Below, in pieces: positions 20,966 to 29,376 of a DNA stretch of 64,000 nt. The stretch comes from Bacteroidota bacterium (GTDB taxonomy: Bacteria > Bacteroidota > Ignavibacteria > UBA10030 > SZUA-254). Where the stretch lies: contig DATDFQ010000015.1 of NCBI GenBank assembly GCA_036522515.1, positions 129,073 to 193,072 of the forward strand. Reading direction: 5' to 3'. How positions within the stretch are numbered: the stretch's first letter is position 1; the number at the start of each line of letters is the position of its first letter. The notes below the pieces were generated by a model. That model worked only from the letters and a program-made list of their open reading frames with translations, did no database searches and had not been told where the DNA came from. Made by a program: the position numbers and the translations under genes.

Positions 20966-21075
20966 ACCCGCAGCCTTCCGGCTGCGGTCCGCGACCTGAA
21001 GGTCGCGGCTACCGATTCCTTGGGCTTGGTAGCCGCAGCCTTTAGGCTGCGGTCCGCGACCTTTAGGTCGCGGAG
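20966..21075. repeat. Tandem REP-like double-hairpin elements (two copies)
   Basis: CCGCAGCCTTCCGGCTGCGGTCCGCGACCTGAAGGTCGCGG followed by GTAGCCGCAGCCTTTAGGCTGCGGTCCGCGACCTTTAGGTCGCGG. Same units as 19416-19460. Confidence 0.65.
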
Positions 21076-21227
21076 GGTCACCCGCAGGCTTATTCCCCCC
21101 TTTATTCCTTGCAGAATCCGCGGATTATTTGTATATTGGAGTCCCCGAATTATCCGGGAAAATGACAGATTCGAGGGCTTTTCGGCAAGGCCCAGACGGT
21201 GCAACAACCCTGCTCTCAAAACCCTGA

Positions 21228-22175
21228 ATGCCTGAACTGAAACTCTTTGCCGGCCGGTCGAATCCGCGGCTCGCTGAACGGATCGCGAAGCTTGTCGGCC
21301 AGCCGTTGGGTCAGGTCCAGATCCGGAATTTCAGCGACGGCGAGATCTGGGTCAAGTTCACCGAGAACGTCCGTGGAAGCGACGTTTTCATCATCCAGTC
21401 CACGAATCCGCCCGCGGACCATCTGATGGAGCTGCTCATCATGGTGGACGCCGCGAGAAGGGCCTCGGCCCGGAAAGTCACGGCGGTGATCCCGTACTTC
21501 GGATACGCGCGGCAGGACAGGAAAGACCAGCCGAGAGTTTCGATCACGGCAAAACTGGTCGCAAACCTGATGACGGAAGCCGGCGTCGACAGGGTGATCA
21601 CGATGGACCTGCACGCGCCCCAGATTCAGGGATTCTTTGACATACCGGTCGACCACCTCTACTCGTCGGCGCTCTACACGTCGTTCTTCCTGAAGAAGAA
21701 GATGCGGGACCTGACGGTGGTTTCCCCCGATGTCGGGGGGATCAAGATGGCCCGCGCGTTCGCGAAGCGGCTCGGCGGGGACCTCATCCTGATCGACAAG
21801 CGCCGCCCGAAACCGAACCAGGCGGAAGTCATGAACATCATCGGCGAAGTGAAAGGGAGAAACATCCTGATCGTCGACGACCTCATCGACACCGGCGGCA
21901 CGTTCGTCGCGGCGGCAAGTGCGCTCCGCAAGGCGGGAGCGAAAGAAATTTACGGAGCCTGCACCCACGCGATCCTCTCGGGAAACTCGACCTCCCGGAT
22001 CGCGGCCGCGCCCGTTTCGCGCCTGTTCGTGACCGACACGATCGCGCTCGATTCAAAGATTTCCCGGTCGAAGACCATCAACGTGCTTTCGGTCGCCGAC
22101 ATATTCGCACACGCGATTAAACGCGGTTTCAAAAATCAATCCATCAGTTCCTTATTCGACGTCGATAAAGGATAG
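21228..22175 (+). CDS. prs: Ribose-phosphate pyrophosphokinase
   Basis: 315 aa. VFIIQSTNPPADHLMELLIMVDAARRASARKVTAVIPYFGYARQDRK, PRPP-binding loop DDLIDTGGT. Confidence 0.95.
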   Translation: MPELKLFAGRSNPRLAERIAKLVGQPLGQVQIRNFSDGEIWVKFTENVRGSDVFIIQSTNPPADHLMELLIMVDAARRASARKVTAVIPYFGYARQDRKDQPRVSITAKLVANLMTEAGVDRVITMDLHAPQIQGFFDIPVDHLYSSALYTSFFLKKKMRDLTVVSPDVGGIKMARAFAKRLGGDLILIDKRRPKPNQAEVMNIIGEVKGRNILIVDDLIDTGGTFVAAASALRKAGAKEIYGACTHAILSGNSTSRIAAAPVSRLFVTDTIALDSKISRSKTINVLSVADIFAHAIKRGFKNQSISSLFDVDKG

Positions 22176-22189
22176 CAAAGGAAGAACGC

Positions 22190-22957
22190 ATGCGTGAAAT
22201 TCTATTGGAAGCGGAAGTCAGAACCCAGCTCGGAAAACACACCCGCGCAATCAGGCGCCAGGGGAAGGTCCCGGGCGTCTTCTACATCCACGGTGAGGAT
22301 ACCATTCCCATCACGGTGGTCGAGAAAAGCCTCAAGCCGCTGATTTTCACGGCGGAGACTCATATCGTCAACCTGAAACTGGCCGACGGGACGAACAAGA
22401 GCTGCATCCTGCGCGATATCCAGTTCGATCCCGTGACCGACCGGCCGATCCATTTCGACCTGCAGGGGCTCAGGCAGGACGAGGAAATCACGATCGAAGT
22501 TCCTGTGATCGTCGGGGGCGGGACCCCGGTCGGCGTCCGCGACGGCGGCGTCCTCCAGCAGATCATCCATAAGCTCAAGATCTCGTGCCTCCCGAAGCAC
22601 ATCCCGGACCACATCGAGGTGAACCCGGAAAATTTGAAAATCAACCACTTCATCCACGTCCGGGACGTGAAGATCGAGAACGTCACGATCCTCGAGAACG
22701 AGGGCGGCACGATCGTCGGCGTCGTTCCTCCGACCGTCGAGAAGGAAGCCACCCCCGCGACGGCGGCAGTCGAGGAAGCCGTCGAGCCCGAGGTGATCAG
22801 CAAGGGCAAGAAGGTCGAAGAAGGCGAAGAGGGCGAGGAAGGCGCGGAGAAGAAGGGCGAGGCGGGCGGAAAGAAGGGCGAGGCCGGGGCGAAGAAGGCC
22901 GAAGGCGCAGCACCCGCCGGCAAGGAAGAAAAGAAGAAGGAAGAGAAGAAAAAGTAG
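22190..22957 (+). CDS. rplY: 50S ribosomal protein L25 / general stress protein Ctc, with Lys/Glu-rich C-terminal tail
   Basis: L25 fold (RTQLGKHTRAIRRQGKVPGVFY...). Sits in the conserved prs-ctc-pth arrangement. Low-complexity KKGEAGGKKGEAG tail. Confidence 0.85.
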   Translation: MREILLEAEVRTQLGKHTRAIRRQGKVPGVFYIHGEDTIPITVVEKSLKPLIFTAETHIVNLKLADGTNKSCILRDIQFDPVTDRPIHFDLQGLRQDEEITIEVPVIVGGGTPVGVRDGGVLQQIIHKLKISCLPKHIPDHIEVNPENLKINHFIHVRDVKIENVTILENEGGTIVGVVPPTVEKEATPATAAVEEAVEPEVISKGKKVEEGEEGEEGAEKKGEAGGKKGEAGAKKAEGAAPAGKEEKKKEEKKK

Positions 22958-22981
22958 GCCGTCGGGGCGGCGATTCCGGCC

Positions 22982-23569
22982 GTGCGCGCCCTGGTGGGTC
23001 TCGGCAATCCCGGTTCGCAGTACGACGGTACGAGACACAATATCGGTTTTGAGGTCGTCGACGCGCTCGCGCTCGCGCTGAAGGTCCGCCTGAAGATCCG
23101 CCGAAGCGGCGGCGAGAGCAACTACCGCTCCGCGGCGGGGGTGATCGGAGCGGAAAGCGTGCTCCTGGTGCAACCCCTGACGTACATGAACAACTCGGGC
23201 GAGGCGGTCCGGGAGATTGTCGGCCAGTTCGGGCTCGGGTTGCAGGACCTCCTGGTGATCGTCGATGACTTTCATCTCCCGCTCGGCTCGATCCGGCTCC
23301 GGCGCGGGGGAAGCGACGGAGGGCACAACGGCCTTTTCTCGATCATCGAGCAGCTGCAGTCGGACGATTTTCCCCGGCTCCGGTGCGGGATCGGCGGCGA
23401 TTCGATGCCGCCCGACAAGAGCGAACTCGCGCAGTATGTTCTCTCCCCGTTCGAGAAGCGGGAGCTCGACGCGGTTCGCGCGCTCACGCTGAGGGCCCGG
23501 GACGCGGCGGTCGTCGCAGTGGCCGAGGGCCTTGACGTCGCGATCAACCGCTTTAACAGAACAATTTGA
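22982..23569 (+). CDS. pth: Peptidyl-tRNA hydrolase
   Basis: LVGLGNPGSQYDGTRHNIGF...GGHNGL motifs. Confidence 0.9.
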   Translation: MRALVGLGNPGSQYDGTRHNIGFEVVDALALALKVRLKIRRSGGESNYRSAAGVIGAESVLLVQPLTYMNNSGEAVREIVGQFGLGLQDLLVIVDDFHLPLGSIRLRRGGSDGGHNGLFSIIEQLQSDDFPRLRCGIGGDSMPPDKSELAQYVLSPFEKRELDAVRALTLRARDAAVVAVAEGLDVAINRFNRTI

Positions 23570-23671
23570 AATAGTCGAAGCAACAATAATAAACCCTATC
23601 CCTGAATTTGATCCCGCCCGGGGCGGGACAATTATTCGGGGATCGCATCTTCAACGTCCAAAGGGCCAGTC

Positions 23672-24184
23672 ATGGAACCACGCAAGCGTCTCTACGAAAC
23701 AACCTTCATCGTCAACGCCTCCCTCGAGGATACGCAGATCGAGGGGGCAATCACCCACATCCAGGAGGTCATCACCCGCAACGGCGGCGAAATCACCGCC
23801 GTCAACCGTTGGGGGAGAAAGCGGCTCGCCTACACGATCCAGAAGAAGAACAACGGGTTCTATGCGAACCTCGAGTTCCTCGGAACGGAGCCGGTGATCG
23901 CCCAGCTCCAGCGCACGTTTCAGCTGGACCAGAACTTCCTGCGGTACCTCACCATCCAGATCGACAAGCTCTCGTTGAAAGCCCGGGCGCTGGCTCCTCC
24001 TCCGCCTCCCGCGGCGGTCGCGCCTCCTCCCCCCCCTCCTCCTGCTGCTCCGGCCCCCGCCGCAGCGGCTCCCGCAGCCCAGCCGGCCGCGGCCGAAGCG
24101 GCGCCTGCAGCGCCGTCCGAACCGGAGAAGAAACCCCTGTTCGACGACGAGCCGGGAGAAAAAAGTTCGCCAAAAGCCTCGTGA
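23672..24184 (+). CDS. rpsF: 30S ribosomal protein S6 with Pro/Ala-rich C-terminal extension
   Basis: S6 core (YETTFIVNASLEDTQ...WGRKRLAYTIQKKNNGFY), then a roughly 65-aa PPPPPAAVAPPPPPPP... tail. Confidence 0.9.
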   Translation: MEPRKRLYETTFIVNASLEDTQIEGAITHIQEVITRNGGEITAVNRWGRKRLAYTIQKKNNGFYANLEFLGTEPVIAQLQRTFQLDQNFLRYLTIQIDKLSLKARALAPPPPPAAVAPPPPPPPAAPAPAAAAPAAQPAAAEAAPAAPSEPEKKPLFDDEPGEKSSPKAS

Positions 24185-24223
24185 TCAGCCTGAACGGATG
24201 ACACTCATCTCTTTGCAAGGGGA

Positions 24224-24730
24224 ATGACCATGGCCGACTTGAAAATGCCTGAACTCAATTACATCATCATCGCGGGAAATCTCACGAAAGACCCGGTGTT
24301 CCGGCAGACGACGAACGGAACGCCGGTCGTGAATTTTTCGATCGCTTCGAACCGGAAGTACCGCGATGCGAACAACCAGTGGCAGGAGGACGTCTGTTAC
24401 ATCGGCATCGTCGCCTGGAACAAGCTGGCGGAAAGCTGCACAAACCGGCTGAAGAAAGGGAGCGCCGTCCTGATCGACGGAGAAATCCAGAGCCATCTGT
24501 TCAAGACGGACGACGGGTTCAACCGGAACATCGTCGAGATCAAGGCGCGCCGCATTCAGTTCCTCAACAAGCGGCCCGTGGCGGCCGACGCTTCGCACCC
24601 GTGCCCTCCCGCGCACACGCACGAGGAGGAATTTTCGACCGCAGAGGATGATTCCTTCGACAAATTCCTTACCAACGAGGAATCGCACCTCCTCAAGGAC
24701 CAACCAACGACTCAGTCACAGGGAAGATAA
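24224..24730 (+). CDS. ssb: Single-stranded DNA-binding protein (SSB OB-fold) with non-canonical C-terminus
   Basis: OB-fold pattern (LNYIIIAGNLTKDPVFRQTTNGTPVVNFSIA...WQEDVCYIGIVAWNKLAE...RIQFL). Located between rpsF and rpsR. Lacks the Gly-rich linker and the terminal DDDIPF tip. Confidence 0.75.
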   Translation: MTMADLKMPELNYIIIAGNLTKDPVFRQTTNGTPVVNFSIASNRKYRDANNQWQEDVCYIGIVAWNKLAESCTNRLKKGSAVLIDGEIQSHLFKTDDGFNRNIVEIKARRIQFLNKRPVAADASHPCPPAHTHEEEFSTAEDDSFDKFLTNEESHLLKDQPTTQSQGR

Positions 24731-24733
24731 ACC

Positions 24734-24973
24734 ATGCCTAAACCAGATCAACAAATCAGAAAACACCGCGTCTGCCGGTTTTGCGAAAACGATGAAATCT
24801 ACATCGATTACAAGGATGAAAAAAGGCTGATACGGTTCGTCTCCGAGCAGGGGAAGATTATTCCCAAGAGGATCACCGGCACATGCGCCGGGCATCAGCG
24901 TCAATTGGTGAAGGCGATCAAGCGCGCCCGCCATCTCGCGATGCTGCCGTTCGTCTCGGAAACGATCCGGTAG
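24734..24973 (+). CDS. rpsR: 30S ribosomal protein S18
   Basis: 79 aa. [44 protein letters not shown]. Confidence 0.95.
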   Translation: MPKPDQQIRKHRVCRFCENDEIYIDYKDEKRLIRFVSEQGKIIPKRITGTCAGHQRQLVKAIKRARHLAMLPFVSETIR

Positions 24974-24998
24974 GTCACGACAACCGAAAAGGAGCCAC

Positions 24999-25442
24999 AT
25001 GAAGATCATTTTGCGTCAGGATTTTGAAAAACTCGGGAAACTCGGCGACATCGTCGAGGTGAAGGACGGGTACGCCCGCAACTATCTCCTCCCCCGCCGG
25101 ATCGGCTATATCGCGACGAAAGGGAGCCTGAAGACCCTCGAAGAGGAGAAGAAGCAGCACGTCGACCGGAAAAAGAAGGAGGTCCACCAGGCGGAAAAGC
25201 TGGCGGCGGACCTCGAGAAGATCTCGGTGACGTTGAAGGTGAAGGTGGGAGAAGATGAGAAGCTCTTCGGATCGGTCACGAACCAGATGGTGGCCGACGC
25301 GTTGAAGGAACAGGGCATCGTCATCGACAAGCGCTCGGTCGAGCTGGAAGAGCCGATCAAGGCGCTCGGGATCTACACCGTCGACGTCCGGCTTCTCGCC
25401 GGGGTGACGGGAAAAGTGAAGGTGTGGGTGGTGAGGGAATAA
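24999..25442 (+). CDS. rplI: 50S ribosomal protein L9
   Basis: MKIILRQDFEKLGKLGDIVEVKDGYARNYLLP. Conserved rpsF-ssb-rpsR-rplI order. Confidence 0.95.
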   Translation: MKIILRQDFEKLGKLGDIVEVKDGYARNYLLPRRIGYIATKGSLKTLEEEKKQHVDRKKKEVHQAEKLAADLEKISVTLKVKVGEDEKLFGSVTNQMVADALKEQGIVIDKRSVELEEPIKALGIYTVDVRLLAGVTGKVKVWVVRE

Positions 25443-25477
25443 CCCCACTCCCGCGCAACGTCGCTGTTTCGTCTTAT

Positions 25478-25560
25478 GCCGTCATCCCGACATGTATTAG
25501 GTCGGGATCTTTATAAGAGAGTTGAAAGATGCTGACCAGGAGCATGTCAGCATGACGAGT
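25478..25560. repeat. Intergenic hairpin repeat units (GTCATCCCGACATG...CGGGATCTTTAT and ATGCTGACCAGGAGCATGTCAGCAT)
   Basis: Units shared with 10943-10985 and, inverted, with 4604-4650. Confidence 0.6.
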
Positions 25561-25706
25561 TGGGGAGGAAATCGACCACACTGAGGCACTACCCCGGCTT
25601 GTTATTTCCTCGAAAATTTGCTACTTTTCAATGGCAGGCCGCCGAAAAGCCTGTAATTCTGAGCGGATAGGTGTCATTCGGGGCCGTTAATTGATGAGGA
25701 GATGAG

Positions 25707-26441
25707 TTGGAAAACGTCAATATATTGACTTCGTTCGCGTTCGGCCTGCTCTCCTTCATCTCCCCCTGTGTCCTCCCGATCGTTCCGGGATACCTCTCGT
25801 TCATCTCCGGCGTCTCCTTCGACGAGATGCAGAATTCCGACAACCGGAAGCGGGTCCGGAACCGGATCGTCGCAAATTCCGTCTTCTTCATCCTCGGCTT
25901 CTCCCTGGTCTTCATCGCCCTGGGCGCGTCCGCAACCGTCGTGGGCCGGTTTCTGCACGAGCAGATCGGCATCATCAGCAAGATCGCCGGGGTGGTCATC
26001 ATCGTCTTCGGCCTGCACATGATCGGGGTCTTCAAAATCCCCTTTCTGAATTACGAGAAGCGCTTCCACACCGAGGGAAAGCAGCTGGGGTACTTCGGCG
26101 CCTTCCTCGTCGGACTGGCATTTGCCTTCGGGTGGACTCCCTGCATCGGGCCGATTCTGGCCGCGATCCTCGCGATCGCGAGCCAGCAGGACTCGGTCGG
26201 CAAAGGGATGGTGCTCCTCACGAGCTACTCCCTCGGCCTCGGGGTCCCCTTCTTGCTGGCCGGGATGAGCCTGACGGCGTTCTACAGCGCCTTCAACCGG
26301 TTCAAGAAGCATCTGCACACCGTGGAAGTGGTGGGGGGAATCATGCTGGTCGCCGTCGGCGCCCTCATCATGACGAACTACCTGACGATCCTGTCGGGGT
26401 ATCTCTCGAGATGGTTTCCGTTCCTCAACGAGCTTGGATAG
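25707..26441 (+). CDS. ccdA: Cytochrome c-type biogenesis / thiol-disulfide transporter CcdA (DsbD transmembrane domain family)
   Basis: Polytopic membrane protein with the two conserved Cys (FISPCVLPIVPGY and GWTPCIGPIL). Confidence 0.85.
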   Translation: MENVNILTSFAFGLLSFISPCVLPIVPGYLSFISGVSFDEMQNSDNRKRVRNRIVANSVFFILGFSLVFIALGASATVVGRFLHEQIGIISKIAGVVIIVFGLHMIGVFKIPFLNYEKRFHTEGKQLGYFGAFLVGLAFAFGWTPCIGPILAAILAIASQQDSVGKGMVLLTSYSLGLGVPFLLAGMSLTAFYSAFNRFKKHLHTVEVVGGIMLVAVGALIMTNYLTILSGYLSRWFPFLNELG

Positions 26442-26476
26442 AGACAATACTTTCAACAGCACCGGCATAAAAGACC

Positions 26477-28303
26477 ATGGCGAAACCGTTTAAGAATCTT
26501 GACGAAGTAACGATCCGTTTTGCGGGCGACTCGGGGGACGGCATGCAGATCACCGGCATGCAGTTCACGAGCACGACCGCGCTTCTTGGAAACGACCTGA
26601 GCACCTTCCCCGATTATCCGGCCGAAATCCGGGCCCCCGCGGGGACCCTGTTCGGTGTGAGCGGTTTTCAGATCCACTTCGGATCGACGGAGATCAACAC
26701 TCCGGGCGACACGTGCGACGTCCTCGTCGCCATGAATCCCGCCGCCCTGAAAGTCAATCTCCGGAGTTTGCGCGACGGCGGCATCATCATCGCGAACAGG
26801 GACGGATTTAACGAGAAGAACCTCAAGCTCGCCGCGTACGAAGCGAACCCCCTCGAGAACGACTCCCTCTCGAAATACCAGGTGCACGCGGTCGATATCA
26901 CGAAATTGACGCACAATGCACTCGACGAGCTGGGGCTCTCCAATAAGGTCGTCGATCGCAGCAAGAACTTCTTCGCCCTGGGGATGATGTACTGGATGTT
27001 CACCAGGCCCCTGGAGCCGACGATCAAGTGGCTCCAGGAGCGGTTCAAGAAGAATCCCGAGCTCGTGGAAGCCAACATCAAAGTATTGAAGGCGGGGTAC
27101 GCCTTCGGCGAGACCACCGAGATCTTCGCGGCGCGGTACGAAGTAAAACCCGCGGATCTACCCGCCGGAAAGTACCGGAGCATCACCGGGAACGAGGCGG
27201 TCGCATGGGGATTGATCGCGGCCTCCGTACAGTCAGGCCTCGATATCTTCCTCGGCAGCTATCCGATCACTCCGGCGAGCGACATCCTGCACGAGCTCTC
27301 CAAGCACAAGAATTTCAGGGTCAAGACCTTTCAGGCGGAGGACGAAATCGCCGGCATCTCTTCGGCCATCGGCGCGTCTTACGGCGGGGCCATCGGAGTC
27401 ACGACGACAAGCGGTCCCGGCATGGCCCTGAAGGGCGAGGCGATGGGACTTGCCGTCATGCTCGAGCTTCCGCTGGTCATCGTCGACGTTCAGCGGGGAG
27501 GCCCGAGCACCGGGCTCCCGACGAAGACGGAGCAGGCGGACCTCATGCAGGCGGTCCTGGGGCGGAACAGCGAGGCGCCGATCCCCGTGATCGCATCCTC
27601 CACACCCGCCGATTGCTTCATCGCCGCGTTCGAAGCGGTGCGGATCGCGATCAAGTACATGACGCCGGTCATCCTTCTCTCGGACGGCTATCTCGCGAAC
27701 GGCGCGGAACCGTGGTTGATTCCCGAGATCTCATCGCTTCCGGATATCAGGCCGTCCTTCAGGACGGATCCGGCCGGCTTCCAGCCCTATTTGCGCGACG
27801 AGAAAACACTGTCGCGCCCCTGGGCGATTCCCGGGACACCCGGGCTCGAACACCGGATCGGCGGTCTGGAAAAACAGCACATCACCGGGAACGTGAGCTA
27901 CGATCCCGAGAATCATGAGTTCATGGTGAAGATGCGGCAGGCAAAAGTCGACCGCATCGCAGACGACATCCCCGATGCCGTAGTCGAAGGCGACGAGAAG
28001 GGCGACCTGCTCGTGGTCGGCTGGGGCGGCACCTACGGCGCGATCCGGACCGCCGTGGAAGCCAAGCGCCGGGAAGGAAAGTCGGTTTCCCACCTTCACC
28101 TGAGATATGTGAACCCGTTCCAGAGAAACGTGGGCGAGATCCTCTATAACTTCAAGAACATCCTTGTTCCTGAGCTCAACCTCGGGCAGCTCTCCCGCCT
28201 TCTGCGGGCGAAGTACCTGATCCCCGCGCTGAGCCTGAACAAGATCCAGGGGTTGCCCTTCCGGGCGAGCGAGATCGAAGAGAAAATTGACGAAATCCTA
28301 TAG
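26477..28303 (+). CDS. korA: 2-oxoglutarate/2-oxoacid:ferredoxin oxidoreductase alpha subunit (fused gamma-alpha type)
   Basis: 608 aa. AGDSGDGMQITG (gamma-like domain) followed by a TPP-enzyme-like alpha domain (GNEAVAWGLIAAS...YPITPASDI). Confidence 0.9.
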   Translation: MAKPFKNLDEVTIRFAGDSGDGMQITGMQFTSTTALLGNDLSTFPDYPAEIRAPAGTLFGVSGFQIHFGSTEINTPGDTCDVLVAMNPAALKVNLRSLRDGGIIIANRDGFNEKNLKLAAYEANPLENDSLSKYQVHAVDITKLTHNALDELGLSNKVVDRSKNFFALGMMYWMFTRPLEPTIKWLQERFKKNPELVEANIKVLKAGYAFGETTEIFAARYEVKPADLPAGKYRSITGNEAVAWGLIAASVQSGLDIFLGSYPITPASDILHELSKHKNFRVKTFQAEDEIAGISSAIGASYGGAIGVTTTSGPGMALKGEAMGLAVMLELPLVIVDVQRGGPSTGLPTKTEQADLMQAVLGRNSEAPIPVIASSTPADCFIAAFEAVRIAIKYMTPVILLSDGYLANGAEPWLIPEISSLPDIRPSFRTDPAGFQPYLRDEKTLSRPWAIPGTPGLEHRIGGLEKQHITGNVSYDPENHEFMVKMRQAKVDRIADDIPDAVVEGDEKGDLLVVGWGGTYGAIRTAVEAKRREGKSVSHLHLRYVNPFQRNVGEILYNFKNILVPELNLGQLSRLLRAKYLIPALSLNKIQGLPFRASEIEEKIDEIL

Positions 28304-28310
28304 GTGACCA

Positions 28311-29363
28311 ATGACCAACTTAGTTGAAGAAACTCTCAGAGACGTGCCGAAAATTCCCGCGGTGAAGCAGACCGCGAAGGACTTCCAGTCCGACCAGGAC
28401 GTCCGGTGGTGTCCCGGGTGCGGCGACTATTCGATCCTCGCCCAGGTGCAGCGCGTGATGCCCGACCTGAACATCCCGAAACACAACGTCGCGTTCGTCT
28501 CCGGCATCGGTTGTTCGAGCCGGTTCCCCTACTACATGGATACGTACGGCTTTCATTCGATCCACGGGCGCGCTCCCGCGATCGCCTCCGGCCTGAAAAT
28601 CGCGCGCCCCGACCTCATGGTCTGGGTGGTGACGGGCGACGGGGACGGCCTCAGCATCGGCGGAAACCACCTCATCCACGTCTGCCGCCGGAACATCGAC
28701 CTGAAAATCATGCTCTTCAACAACCAGATCTACGGGTTGACCAAGGGGCAATACTCGCCCACCTCCGAGGTGGGAAAGGTGACCAAGTCGACTCCCTACG
28801 GCTCCATCGACCATCCGTTCAACCCGCTCCTTGTCGCTCTCGGGGCCGAGGCGTCGTTCGTCGCGCGCACGCTCGACCGGGACCCGAAACATCTCCAGAC
28901 CGTGGTCCGGAGGGCGGCGGAACACAAGGGAACGTCGTTCGTCGAGATTTACCAGAATTGCAATGTCTTCAACGACGGCGCCTTCTTCACCTACACGGAA
29001 AAAGAGACGAAGGAGGAGAACGTCGTGTTCATCGAGCACGGAAAGCCGATGATCTTCGGAAAGGATCGCGACAAAGGGATCCGGCTCGAGGGATTTACGC
29101 CGACCGTGGTATCGCTCAAGGAGGGCGCCTATTCGGCAAGCGATCTGATCGTCCACAACGAGAAAGACACGATGCTCTCGTTCATCCTTGCGCGGATGTC
29201 GAGCATCGCCGGTTTGCCGCGTCCCGCGGGCGTCATCTACTCGGTCGAGCGGCCGCTTTACGAGGCCGAGGTGGTGAAACAGATCGAGCAGGCCGTCCAG
29301 AAGCAGGGCGAAGGCGATCTCGAAAAACTATTGCATCACGGGGAGACCTGGACGATCCAGTAA
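28311..29363 (+). CDS. korB: 2-oxoglutarate/2-oxoacid:ferredoxin oxidoreductase beta subunit
   Basis: WCPGCGDYSIL TPP-binding beta-subunit motif, GDGDGLSIGGNHL. Confidence 0.9.
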   Translation: MTNLVEETLRDVPKIPAVKQTAKDFQSDQDVRWCPGCGDYSILAQVQRVMPDLNIPKHNVAFVSGIGCSSRFPYYMDTYGFHSIHGRAPAIASGLKIARPDLMVWVVTGDGDGLSIGGNHLIHVCRRNIDLKIMLFNNQIYGLTKGQYSPTSEVGKVTKSTPYGSIDHPFNPLLVALGAEASFVARTLDRDPKHLQTVVRRAAEHKGTSFVEIYQNCNVFNDGAFFTYTEKETKEENVVFIEHGKPMIFGKDRDKGIRLEGFTPTVVSLKEGAYSASDLIVHNEKDTMLSFILARMSSIAGLPRPAGVIYSVERPLYEAEVVKQIEQAVQKQGEGDLEKLLHHGETWTIQ

Positions 29364-29376
29364 GGGCGGTTAACCC

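Noticed and set aside
21216-23326. Minus-strand ORFs 21216-21968, 22202-23326, 24185-24703, 24975-25448, 25674-26468, 28320-29156, 29233-30297, 30732-32453, 32726-33391
   Set aside because: Antisense to the prs-ctc-pth, ribosomal-protein, ccdA, korAB, nrnA, pepA, pdxA and ftsE genes.
23570-23671. Hairpin CCCGCCCGGGGCGGG followed by a weak T-run between pth and rpsF as a terminator/attenuator
   Set aside because: The T-run is short and interrupted (ACAATTATTC). It is plausible but not convincing from sequence alone.
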